DNA from: Cyanophora paradoxa CCMP329
Lineage: Eukaryota > Plantae > Glaucophyta
DNA length: 64,000 nucleotides
NCBI GenBank assembly: GCA_004431415.1
Contig: QPMI01000562.1
Location: forward strand, 1-64,000
Direction of reading: 5' to 3'
Position numbers and translations under genes: made by a program. Position 1 is the first letter of the stretch. Each line of letters opens with the position of its first letter. Positions 30,515 to 41,114 of this stretch are shown here, one piece after another. The notes under the pieces were generated by a model. The model made no database searches. It was not told the DNA's origin and saw only the letters and a list, made by a program, of their open reading frames with translations.

Positions 30515-31369
30515 ATGGGTGAATATAATCGAGTTCAACTGCCTATATATTCCCTTGGATCCCCTGCAATGCATTTTCGCCAGCATGAAGTAAATGATGA
30601 GGTTCGTGGTTTAGAATCCACAGAGAGACCCAATTCCAATGGCAACTCCTTTGATAAAAATTCGATTATTCGAGTTAAAGAGCTGAGAGCTGATAAGAAT
30701 TCTGGTGTGGTTAAAACAACTCGACTTCTTGTCACAAATGCTAACTTTTTCCAGCCTACCAATGGAGGTCCTGATGCTTACAGTGTTGATCTGAAAGCCC
30801 TTGATTTCGATAAGAATTCTGCTGCTGTAACTGTGAGATCAGGAGGAGCATTTATTGGTGGTGGCTGCAGAGTTTCAGGTCAGCTATCTTCATCTGTTTC
30901 CTACAATGATGTCCCAGATACTCTCGAACAAAATGTGGAGAACCCACAACGAATTCGTTTCTACACACCTGTTGCACAGCAACCTTTTTTGCATTTCTAT
31001 GTTGCATCCTCTGTAACTCTTGAGAATTCGGAATTAGTTTCCATTACAGGAACTGATCGAGTAAGAAGAAATATTCCTCTTCCCACTGCAATGCTTTCCA
31101 TGTGTAGAGCCAATAATAATCAACCAGGACACAACTACTTATTCTTTGTTCAAGCTTCGAACCATTTTGGCAGAGGATATTGTGTTTATAACAATTTGAC
31201 ATTTACCTATGATCTGTTTGTCACTGAGGTTGGAGTATACAATACTATGATTATGGGACTGAGAACAGATATAGCAGCTGTATCAGCACTTCGTGGGGTA
31301 AATGTTGCTGATATATTCACAACAGGATTTTACCAAGAATTAGATGTAATTGATGACCCAACCCCATAA
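30515..31369 (+). CDS. Putative structural protein, paralogue 1
   Basis: Shares ELRxDKNxGxVKTTxLLVTNANF and SGGAxIGxGxRVxG with the next gene. Confidence 0.75.
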   Translation: MGEYNRVQLPIYSLGSPAMHFRQHEVNDEVRGLESTERPNSNGNSFDKNSIIRVKELRADKNSGVVKTTRLLVTNANFFQPTNGGPDAYSVDLKALDFDKNSAAVTVRSGGAFIGGGCRVSGQLSSSVSYNDVPDTLEQNVENPQRIRFYTPVAQQPFLHFYVASSVTLENSELVSITGTDRVRRNIPLPTAMLSMCRANNNQPGHNYLFFVQASNHFGRGYCVYNNLTFTYDLFVTEVGVYNTMIMGLRTDIAAVSALRGVNVADIFTTGFYQELDVIDDPTP

Positions 31370-31392
31370 AAGATATATCCCTTTAATGTAAA

Positions 31393-32226
31393 ATGGCTGA
31401 GCAACCCCCACTTGAACGAATTCTTACACCTCTGCTGTCATTAGCTGCCCCAGCAAACCATGTTTTACAGCACGCTACCTTTGATGATGTAGAGGGTCTC
31501 CAATCAACAGAGGTCCAACCTACAATGAACACCTTTGGTTCCACCCACAAGCTGAGATTGCAGGAACTCAGATGTGATAAAAATAATGGAATAGTTAAAA
31601 CAACTAAGCTACTTGTCACAAATGCAAACTTTTCTGCTCATTATGGAGACCCAGATAGTTATGGAGATCCTCTTTCTACTTATTCTTTTGAATCTAGGTC
31701 GGGAGCTATTAACTGCAAATCGGGGGGAGCTTATATTGGTGATGGTCTTAGGGTTGGTGGGGCTGTTGGAGCGCCTTTATTTGTGAATGATCAACCCAAT
31801 CCCATTGATCCCAACACAAGAATTCGAACCTATGTCCCCAGCATGAATGCCCCCTATATAATAAAAATATTCCCAATTGTTGTGAATGAACAAACAGCAG
31901 TAGTAGACTCTCTTGTTGAAATTGGTGACCACTACAAGGTAGTTGTGGATATCCCACCAGATGTTTATGCTCTTTGTCAAGTAGAGGGTGGAACTCCTAA
32001 TTTTGCTGTTGTGATCACCCCATATGATAATTTTGGTATTGCTTATCATGGAGTCAATTTCGGTTTGGAAGATTATCAGTTCCTGGTTAGAGCCACCAAG
32101 TTTGGTATCTACAAGTGTGTATTATATGCTGAGAGAACCGATTTTATTGCAAGGCAGAATACCTATGCTGAATACTATGGCACAAATCGATATTTCCCCA
32201 TTTTCGGGCAGGATACTGCTCCATAA
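31393..32226 (+). CDS. Putative structural protein, paralogue 2
   Basis: Same motifs as the preceding gene. Confidence 0.75.
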   Translation: MAEQPPLERILTPLLSLAAPANHVLQHATFDDVEGLQSTEVQPTMNTFGSTHKLRLQELRCDKNNGIVKTTKLLVTNANFSAHYGDPDSYGDPLSTYSFESRSGAINCKSGGAYIGDGLRVGGAVGAPLFVNDQPNPIDPNTRIRTYVPSMNAPYIIKIFPIVVNEQTAVVDSLVEIGDHYKVVVDIPPDVYALCQVEGGTPNFAVVITPYDNFGIAYHGVNFGLEDYQFLVRATKFGIYKCVLYAERTDFIARQNTYAEYYGTNRYFPIFGQDTAP

Positions 32227-32248
32227 GAATATTGGGTATATATAGAGT

Positions 32249-32521
32249 ATGGATAGTAAAACAAAAAAGTTTATTGATGCTGCTATGACAGTCCATGGTA
32301 AAGATAAATTCGATTACAGTGAGACACATTACATCAAAGCTCAAGAGAAAGTATCTGTGAGATGTTTGCAGTGTAATAAAGTGATCCTTACCTATCCCTT
32401 TAATCATGTGAAGGGATCAGGGTGTAGGGACTGTAACAAAAGAAAGAGTCAAGCACACAGGAAAAGAGCTACTTCATCAATCAGAGTAGAGTATAGGGAT
32501 ATTTGCATTAGGTTCGATTAG
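32249..32521 (+). CDS. Stand-alone DUF723-like Zn-ribbon protein (homing-endonuclease-associated DNA-binding repeat)
   Basis: FIDAAMTVHGKDKFDYS..Y....KVSVRC..C.....P.NH.KGSGCRDC. Confidence 0.75.
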   Translation: MDSKTKKFIDAAMTVHGKDKFDYSETHYIKAQEKVSVRCLQCNKVILTYPFNHVKGSGCRDCNKRKSQAHRKRATSSIRVEYRDICIRFD

Positions 32522-32550
32522 GTTTAATTAATTTTTCTAAGGTATTCTTA

Positions 32551-32949
32551 ATGGAGACTAAATACAGAGGCTTTCATGTTATGCTTGATTACAAAGCTAA
32601 ATCAGCTATTGCAACAGGACATGAGCATGTAAGCTTCCTAGGTAATTGGATTATGAGAACCCTAGAACAAGCAATATTAAGACAAGGCATTAGGATTGTT
32701 CATAAACACTGTGAGATATTTGATGGCAAAGTATCACCTCCTGGGTTTGCATTGGTTCTGCTATTAGATGAAAGCCATTGCACAGCTCATTGTTATTCCA
32801 ATGAAGGCATGTTAGCAATTGATATATTCAGTTGTGGTAAAGAAGCTCAGCATAAAACACAAGCAGTTGCAGATGAGATCGATAAAACAATGAATTTCCT
32901 CACATTTGAGAAGACTGAGAGACATAAACATGATAGATTCCCGTTTTGA
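32551..32949 (+). CDS. speD: Prokaryotic-type pyruvoyl-dependent S-adenosylmethionine decarboxylase proenzyme family
   Basis: GFHVMLD...PPGFALVLLLDESHCTAHCYSNEGMLAIDIFSCG; ESH autocleavage motif; 132 aa. Confidence 0.88.
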   Translation: METKYRGFHVMLDYKAKSAIATGHEHVSFLGNWIMRTLEQAILRQGIRIVHKHCEIFDGKVSPPGFALVLLLDESHCTAHCYSNEGMLAIDIFSCGKEAQHKTQAVADEIDKTMNFLTFEKTERHKHDRFPF

Positions 32950-33146
32950 TGGGTTTCTATAATGATAATCAAGGTAATTTACCTTTTGTTTTACAATAGC
33001 AACTGTTACAAAAAGATATAATATATCCTTTTCCTACAGTAGCTTTCTACAATGTTTATTTTCCGGATTCCGGACATTTTTTACGATAGAATTCTATTGT
33101 AAGTAATTGGAATACTATTCGATTTCATTACAGTAAAACTCAACAT

Positions 33147-34026
33147 TCCCCTTGATTCCCCCTATTATATTATATTTATATTAAAGTGGACTCAAGGTTG
33201 ACTCATATTAATCGTAAAAGTAGTAATAGTATATGGATTTTGTTACGAATTCAATGCAAGGGTTGACTAAGTGGGTTGAGTTGACTCAAATTTCACAGGA
33301 AATAACAATGAATCAGAGTATAAATGCATTTTTTGAATCAACTACACCAACTAACACTGAGATTTTAACAATATATGAGGTCCTTACTGAATATGGTATG
33401 TGTCACAGGTGTCACAGGTCTATCCCAGCTCAAGCCCTATAAAGAGTGATTTTCCCTTTCGATGGGATGGACCTGTGACACCTGTGACACCCAATTATTC
33501 ATTAAATTCTTAAGGGACCCCCCTTAGACTCATTAAAACATGAGAAAAACATATCAATTTCATGTATAATTACGATTGAATTCAATAAGAGATCGATTTG
33601 TTTTATTAAACAAATGAATCTAATATGGATCTTAATCGAGTTAAGCGATATGTTTCCGATTAAATGAATTAAATTTAATTAAATTTAATCGAGAAAGTAC
33701 ATGAATATAATATCGATTAAATCAATTAACTTTTAGACCAATCACACATAGTAAAATGCGGAGTTTTAACCAGAGGCAAGATCTAATTGAGATTCAGTTA
33801 TATTATTCGGAATTTTATACAGATTATCGATAGAATCAGTAAGACTAATCGGAAAATAAGAGAAATTTACGATAAAATATCGAAAAGAATACAAAATAAT
33901 CGAAATAATTGAATATTCGATAAGATATACACAGATTATCGATTGATTGAAATAGAATATACGAGATATATGAACAAAATCAATTAAGATAAGCCGAGGG
34001 TTAAAACTCCGCATTTTACTATGTGT
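33147..34026 (-). repeat. Right TIR (880 bp)
   Basis: Reverse complement of 6,645-7,523. Confidence 0.95.
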
Positions 34027-34032
34027 GAGACT
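34027..34032 (+). repeat. Right target-site duplication GAGACT
   Basis: Identical to 6,639-6,644. Confidence 0.95.
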
Positions 34033-35482
34033 ACGGTGGGTCGACCGCCCCCCGTAGCCTGGACCGCAGGTAGTAATATCGATCACACGAAAACATCGAC
34101 GCATCTCAAATATTGTCTTATACTAGTACTAGTACTAGTTTTATTGTCGAATTGCCAATGACAGTCTCTAGAACAATGTAAACATACAAAGATGAATTTA
34201 TAAATTAATTACAAGACAACAGATCCTATAGCTGCGCGCCGCGGCGCGCCCTTCGTCATTTTCGAACCATGCACACTGCATGCCGCCCTCTATCTGATCA
34301 TGATCATGCGATGCCGTGGCTTGCTCCGTTGGCAGACGAACCCCGCTCGCAGCGGGCCGGGTGTCGTCATGATCATGAATGCCTTAGAGCAGCCCGAGCA
34401 TCACTCAGATACGGCTGTCCCTGCCCTCTCACTCCTCACTCCGCGGCTATGCCGCCTGGGCCTTCTCTGCCCGGTTGCCGAACTTTCAAGTTTCCATGGC
34501 CATGGGGCAAGCATGCTCTCTTCTCCGGGCTTGGGATTTGCTACTGCCGCACGCACGCCAAGCCATTGCAGTGCTAGCCGCTGCCTTTGCGCCAACAGCT
34601 AGCCCCGCCGCCTTGCACCAGTTTTAAAATTTAATTTGCACCAGTCTCTCACTTCTCTTTCCTCCCATCATCCCCCCATCCACACATCACTTAACTACAG
34701 GATTCACTAGGAGGTAGGCTCCGCGGTCCCGTCTGGATAGCTAGGGAGGGTGTGTTGCCAGCATAGTTTATAATTAGCTGGGGACTGGTATCATTGGGGT
34801 ACAGGTACAGACTGGGGGTACAGGTCTACAGGGACTTGGAATAATGGCAGTATATGCTCACTGTAACATGTGTTTGGAGACACCCATTCCCTAGACACTC
34901 CTCGGTCGCTGAGATAGAGGAGTGTTGAATATTACCAAAGACCGGTACCCCGATGGGGTCCCCTCTGGAAAGACAACAGATCTAGAGCAATCGATGTCGC
35001 GAGCACAGGCATAGGAAGTTCATGATCATGATCAGGAGCTCGAGAATGACGACGAGAGGCGACGGTTCAGAAGATCTGGATGCTAGACAGCCCCGGTGTT
35101 CGATCGCGATACGAGCTCGAGCGAATTGGAATTCGAAGTGAACGAAGGATATCGATATCCGATGGACACCTAGCTATAGCCCGAAGGCGGGGCGCGCGGG
35201 GCGGCCGCCGCCCGAAGGCGGGGCGCGCGGGGCGGCCGCCGCCCCGCCCCCGCCACCGTCACCAGCAGCTGCAGCCGGCGCTGCGCCGCCCCTCCGCCGC
35301 GGGATCGACCTCCTCCCCGACGCGCAGCCCGGCGCCCGTGACCGGGGCTGAGCCCTGCGAGACCGCTCAGGAGCCTCCGGGGCACGAGACCGGAAGCAAT
35401 TGCAAGAGTACGGAGACCTACACGTAAGAATAAAGAAACCCGACCGTTATGATAGCTTCTTTATGACTTTATGACACCAATA

Positions 35483-36812
35483 TTAATGCGGCGGCCGTCG
35501 CCGGGGCGAGCGCGCGGGCAGGCGGGGGGCGGCGGGGGTGGGGCCGGGCGCACCTCGGGAGGGCGGCGTTGGCGGCGATCTCGCGGAGGCCGGCGAGGCG
35601 GTACTGCGCCTCCCGGAAGAACACCAGCACCTGCAGGGGCGCGGCGCGGCGCGGCGCGGCGCGGCGGGGCGGGCGCGGCGCGGCGCGGCGGGGCGGGCGG
35701 CCGTCAGCTGCAGCCCCGCGCGGGCGGCGGGTGGGGCGGGGGCCGGGGCCGTGGGCGCACGGTGCCGCGGAGGGCGGCCTGGAGGAGGGCGCGCAGCTCG
35801 GCCTCCGCCACGTCCTCCACCGCCGGCAGCGCGGTGCCCCCGTCCACTGCCCCCCCGAATGAGCCCCGCACCTAATAAGCCCCCCACGGGAAGCCGGGAA
35901 CAGAGGGGTTTGGAGGTGGGGGGTTGGGGAGGGGGAGGTGTGGGGGTAGATGTGGCATCATGTGGGTGGGTGGCTGGGTGTTTTTGGTCTTTTTGGGGTG
36001 TGTGTGGGAGGGGGCGAGAGGGAGAGGGCTGGCCATGGGCGGACCGGTCGGGAATGTGGGGAGGCGCTCCTTGTCCCACACGATGAGGATCTTCCTGCGG
36101 CGTGCGGGGTTGAAGGCGGGCGAGAGGGGGCTGGGGGCCCGGGGGGGCGGGGGGGGGGGGGGGGGGAGGGGGGAAGGGCCGGACAGGAAATCCTCAGGAG
36201 GGCTGGGCTCGCCTGCGGGATTGGGCGGCGAACACGAGCTCCCGAAGTGCGGCCTTGTTCGCGAAGTCGCCTGCCACGGGGGTACGCGCGCGTGAGGGCG
36301 GGGCCGGGCCGGGCGGGGGCCGCCGGGCCGCGCACGGGAGGAGAGCAAGAGGGCGAAGCAGCGCGCCGTCTGAAGAAGGGCGCGGGGCGGTGAGCCCGGG
36401 GAACGAGCGCAGGGATCCGGCCGCGGTGCTGGGGCGGCCGGCACCTGGATGGCCGGCTTGGACTTGGCCGGGTCCCCTTGCCCCCCGAGGGCGATGCGCG
36501 CGCGCGGCCGCATCGCCTCCAGCTGCGGCGCGCGGGTGCGCATCGGAGGGGCGCGGCTCGGCGTGGCGCGGCGTCGAACGGCGCGGGGACGGGCGCGGGG
36601 CGGGGTGCACCTCGGAGCGCAGGGCGCGGGCAAGGTCAACGTTGTGAGGTCCCTGCGGGCAGAGGTACAAGTCCACAGGAGCGGCCGCTGCCCCGCGATC
36701 AGCGCACGGCTGCAGCTGCGCACGACGCGCGCCGGTCGAACTCACCGAGAGCGGGCGGCGCCGCAGCGCCCACGATCAGCTGCTCGTCTTGAAGCGAAGC
36801 GCGGTTACCCAT
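35483..36812 (-). CDS. Host hypothetical multi-exon gene (approximate ends)
   Basis: Exon-like segments MGNRASLQDEQLIV, GDFANKAALRELVFAA, KILIVWDKER and VLVFFREAQYRLAGLREIAA separated by C/G-run introns. Confidence 0.45.
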
Positions 36813-37777
36813 GACGAGCTCGTCCTCCCCCGTACGTGGACTTGTATCTTGCAGAAACGTTAACCTTCTCCTGTGTATCGTCGCTTCTTCCTTCTTGCAG
36901 GGCTTGTTGCGTCGCTTCACGTCTGATCCGGTCTGCTAGCGCTGCTCCCTTCACTTGCAGAGGCGCACAGCTCGTTTTTGACACTCGCGTACTCGCAGCG
37001 ACCAGCGATCGTGCTGCTAGCCGGGCGGCGGGTCAGGAGCGATCGCACGGAGCGATCGTTTACTGCGACCGCACGGAGCGATCGTTTATAATTACGTACG
37101 TAGCTGAAATCGCAATCGCAGCGTCTTCGGGCTTAGCTAACGTCGATTGCCGACGCGGGCGGGGCGCGAGCCGCGCGAATCGAGATGCGATCGCCGAGAC
37201 TCCCGCGGGGCTCCCAAAGAGCACGCGCCTCGGTCTTGCTCGCTGACGAGACAATCAGGGGCTGTTTGCTGCGCGTCTCGATGCTAAGCTTATGCGTTGT
37301 ACATGTCTGCCGTGCACTGCGGCACGAGCTCGAGGGCGTTGATGGAGAGTTGGTTGGCCTGCAGCTGCGGGGGGATACACGGTATTCGAATTCGCTGCGT
37401 AGGTCGCCGGCAGTTGCAAGTCGACGTCGACGTCGCACGTGCATACGCGCATGCGCATTATGTGCAGCCGTAAATTGCACGGCGACGTATGACACAAAAA
37501 AGAATACAAGTACAGGCCCTACTACAGGGGGAGCTGGGCACGATACTGCAGCTGCGTACGCGGCGCGGCGCGCGCACAGTTCTAAAATACAGGGCCATGC
37601 ATTTGGCCAAAGAGCGCGCCGCGGCGCCGGCGCTACAGGCTGCAGCTTGCTCGCGCTGGCCAAGTCGGGCGCTGGCGGCCCACTGGGGCACGCAGGCGCG
37701 CCGGCCGGCGGTGGCCATGGCGCAGGCCATCGATATCAATACAGCCGCCCCGGCCGCCGGGCGCCGCGGCCGACCGC

Positions 37778-38847
37778 CTACGTGAACGAAGGCGCGCCGG
37801 GGCCGGGCCCGGCGTTCGCGGCGGCGTTCGCGAACATGCGCGAGAGGAGCCCGCTCACCTCCTGCGGCCGCGAGACGGAGAGTCAGCGTCGAAGTGGGCA
37901 GCCGGGGCAGGGAGGGGCGGGGGGGGGGACGAGGTAGGGCGGGGCGGGGCGGGGCGGGGCGCCCGGTGGATGGGGCGGGGCCGGGCGGGGCCGGGCGGGG
38001 CGGGAAAGAGAAAGATGGATATGAAGGACGGCGGCGCGCGGCGCGCACCACGTCCGCCTTCTCGCTGATTTCGTCGTTTATGCGATCTCGGCACGGCGGG
38101 CAGTAGTCTGGAAAGAGGGGTGATCAGCTGACTGTGCTCGACAAGACAGAACGGAGCAGCGCGTACACTCGTGGCGGCTGACGCGCCGCACCATCCCGCG
38201 GCCGTCTACGTAGGCCTCGTACGCCTCCTCCCTGTGCGGCCGCTGGTCCGCGCACTCGCAGCAGCTGCGCGGACGCTTCAGGCGACGGAGCGCGGCCACG
38301 GCGCTGCCCCGCCCCCGCGGCCGGGCCCGCTCACAGCTTGACGCGCTCGACGAGGGCGCAGGTCCTGTGCCCAGCAGCTGCCGGCGCCGACGCCGCTCTG
38401 GTCAGTACTAGTACCAGCGCGTGGCATCGCAAGGCGCCCGCGGCCGGCGCGAACCACACAAGAAAGAGACTACATGGAACGCGATCTCTTCGGGGAACAC
38501 CTCCGAAAGCACTCGAGCGATCTCCTGCGCGGCGTAAACGCAGCGCAAATCGCAAGCCAGGACAGCTAGGCGCTCGCCTTGTGCATTGGGGGCATCGAAA
38601 TGCCGTCGGTCGTTCTCATCGCGCGGTACGCCTTCAGCGCATCCTGTGGAAGAGATTTAGCAGAGCTGCACGTGCTCGACCCCAGGCGCCATGCGCCCCG
38701 CTCTGCGCTGCGCACCGTGAGCTTGCTACGGCTGTGCAAACACGCGTCGCAAGAACGCCCGTCCCATTGGCGTCCGAACACGCTCTTCATCCGGGCCGGG
38801 TCGTACGTCCTGAAACAGTACCTACACTGAACGCTGCGCGGAGCCAT
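37778..38847 (-). CDS. Host hypothetical Cys-rich (CxxC) multi-exon gene
   Basis: MAPRSVQCRYC..CDAC, CCEC..CTRC, YCPPCRDRINDEISEKADV, EVSGLLSRMFANAA. Confidence 0.45.
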
Positions 38848-39537
38848 CTTTCCTCCGCGGATATCGCGCTGAGCTGTCGTCCCTTGCGCTGCTGCTGCTA
38901 TCGTTCCTTGCGCTGCTCGCACTACTGATGCTATCCACGGCCTACCCCCCTCGCCAAGGCTTGTCCTGGCTTGAGGCCCCACCACCGGCGCTCGCCTACG
39001 CTCTTTAGCGAAGCTCGTTTGTCTGGGACGTCGTGGTCTATGCACTCACTGGTGTCGCGAGCTTGGCCCGCAGTGGAAACGACGGCGCCGTGCGGGACTG
39101 GCGTAAGACTAGTACTGGCCTAAGTCCTTTGCTGCGAAATCGGGCCGGGGAGAAGAAACGGGATCTAAAAAGGAAATCGATGGCCTCGCGCGGTCCAGAG
39201 ACGCCTCCCGCTCCCCGAAACGAGAAGGGAGTCCAGAGGAAGCAGGAGACCGCAGCTAACGGCGGGAGTCGCCCGGGAGCCCGGAATGGGCAACGAAAAC
39301 GGCCTTAAGAAGTGAATGAACGCTCGGATGGTAACATGGGCCCACGCGGACAGCGGCGCACGGATGGGGCGCGGGGGATCGCTTAAATGGGCAAGGGAAG
39401 CGCCCCCATCTCTGCACCCAGGCCTGATCGGATGCGCGAAGCTAAACCAACTCCTCGAGCCCGCTGCGATCCGCGTGCAGGCAGCGCCCGGGAGCAAAAG
39501 AGGCGGTTGACAATGGGCACATACTGTACATCAAGAG

Positions 39538-40026
39538 TTACTTGGGGTTTCGGAGGATAAGAATGACGGAGTCTCCACGCAAGAACATCTTGCTGATGAA
39601 GCGATCCCTGTTGACGGGCTTCGACTTCTTGCCCTTGCCCGAGCGCGGGACCTCCGTCCACATCTCCTTCACGTTCTCCAGGACCATGTTGAAGTGCCGG
39701 TCGAACGCCTTCACTCGTGCGAGCAGCTTCTTGTTGTTTCTACAGTTGATGAGCACCTGCGTGTTGTTCTTGACCGACTGCGTGAGCACCGACATCGGGC
39801 CTTTCGCGAACTCCTCCTCCTCATTCTTCTCCGGCTGCTCACGCGGCACATTCGAAAGCGAAAACAGGTCAGGCGGAGCTAAGCGTGGCGAGGACGGCGG
39901 CGCCGACCTTCGGTTCCTCTGGCTTGCGACTGCCGGGCGGAGGCGGGGGAAGGGAGCACGACACATGTTAGTGGCGCGTGCGCGGAGAGGCTGGGGGCCG
40001 ATCTGCTCGTGGCGGGCGAACCTCAT
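39538..40026 (-). CDS. SNRPD2: Small nuclear ribonucleoprotein Sm D2 (two 5' introns)
   Basis: [50 protein letters not shown]...[20 protein letters not shown]. Confidence 0.97.
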   Translation of the reverse strand: MRFARHEQIGPQPLRARATNMCRAPFPRLRPAVASQRNRRSAPPSSPRLAPPDLFSLSNVPREQPEKNEEEEFAKGPMSVLTQSVKNNTQVLINCRNNKKLLARVKAFDRHFNMVLENVKEMWTEVPRSGKGKKSKPVNRDRFISKMFLRGDSVILILRNPK

Positions 40027-40376
40027 TTTCGCTGTCTGTACTGGGCTTTAGGGGTACGAGAGCAAAAGCGCGTTCGGCCGGCTTGCGATGTCTTCGATTC
40101 CCGGTGCGCCGCAGACGATTGCTTAAAGCACCTGGGGCCTTTCTAGAGCCTGGGCGTCCGGGTCCCGGTGCAGCCGCGAGGCGTCGCGAGGTGCCGCGTT
40201 GGAGGACAGCAGGCCCGACAGCGCGAGGAGCTAGCCGAAGTGAATCGCGCCACAGCACCGAGGCTCCGCGCAGCGGAGGCGCCTACCGCGCGGCGCACGC
40301 CAAAATGAGCGGCGGACGCGCCGGATTGCCGCCGCGCGCATCCTGCCCGCAACACTAGATCTTCTGCTCTCGGGAG

Positions 40377-40848
40377 ATGGCTGTTTATCTCCCCGCGGCC
40401 CTCCATTCGCCGCATCTGATTGCGCACGACCATCTTCCACCCGCCGGCGCTAGCGTTGGGCTGCGCGCTTTGGGGTGTGTGCAGTTACTTATCTCCGCCG
40501 CTCGCAGAGCTCGAAATCGCCGACAAGTGGGATGCCGCGCTCGAGCGGCAGATCAAGAGCACTGGTGCGTCCGGCCTGCAGTCGTCGGCGCCGGGCTCTG
40601 TTTGATTCCGCGCCGCAGCCTTCGGAGTCCTAGTCGGCGGGTTCTTCGGCTTCGTTCTCGCCCGTACCGGGTCCGGCCGCGCCGCGTTCGCCGCATTCGG
40701 CGCTGGCACTGGTGCGTTGCCGCCGCAGCCGCGCACGCCCTACTCCAGGGGCTCACGCCCGCGCCCCGGCCGCGCAGGCTTCGGCCACGCGTACCGGGAT
40801 ACCCAGCTGGACTTCGAGAAGCTGAACCGCGCCGCGCAGAAGTCCTAG
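40377..40848 (+). CDS. MIC10: MICOS subunit MIC10 (spliced; start approximate)
   Basis: ELEIADKWDAALERQIKST / AFGVLVGGFFGFVLARTGSGRAAFAAFGAGT / GFGHAYRDTQLDFEK. Confidence 0.8.
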
Positions 40849-41114
40849 ATCTAGAGATCGAATTGTTTGCCCCTGGTGCTCCTAGCGCTCCAGCCCCAGT
40901 CCGTCCCGTGTATCTCGTCCCCTAGCCCCGCGTAGGATCAGTCTAAACGAAAAACAGTCGAATCTTATAGCGTTGATTTGAAACAAATTCTGCATATTAT
41001 CTTATAATCAGCGTGGGCGGGCCCACATCGACCTCCTACGCTTGAGAGACTACACGCTCTGTCTGCACCAGAGAGAAGGAAGCGAAAAAAAAAGAGGGAG
41101 GATGCTGGCGCGTC

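Larger units (their letters stand above)
6645..34026. mobile_element. Complete endogenous Polinton-like virus, copy B (27,382 bp)
   Basis: ~880-bp TIRs (ACACAT...ATGTGT), 6-bp TSD, integrase, pPolB, primase-helicase, A32 ATPase, MCP and mCPs; an AT-rich intronless island in a GC-rich host. Confidence 0.96.

Noticed and set aside
6645-34026. Adenain-like maturation protease, tyrosine recombinase or reverse transcriptase
   Set aside because: No ORF with the expected catalytic motifs was recognised; a very divergent copy among the hypotheticals cannot be excluded.
34031-34075. Hairpin (ctacgg...ccgtag) at the insertion site as a Helitron end or target signal
   Set aside because: The stem is short and imperfect, no CTRR terminus lies at the expected distance, and it is a single example.
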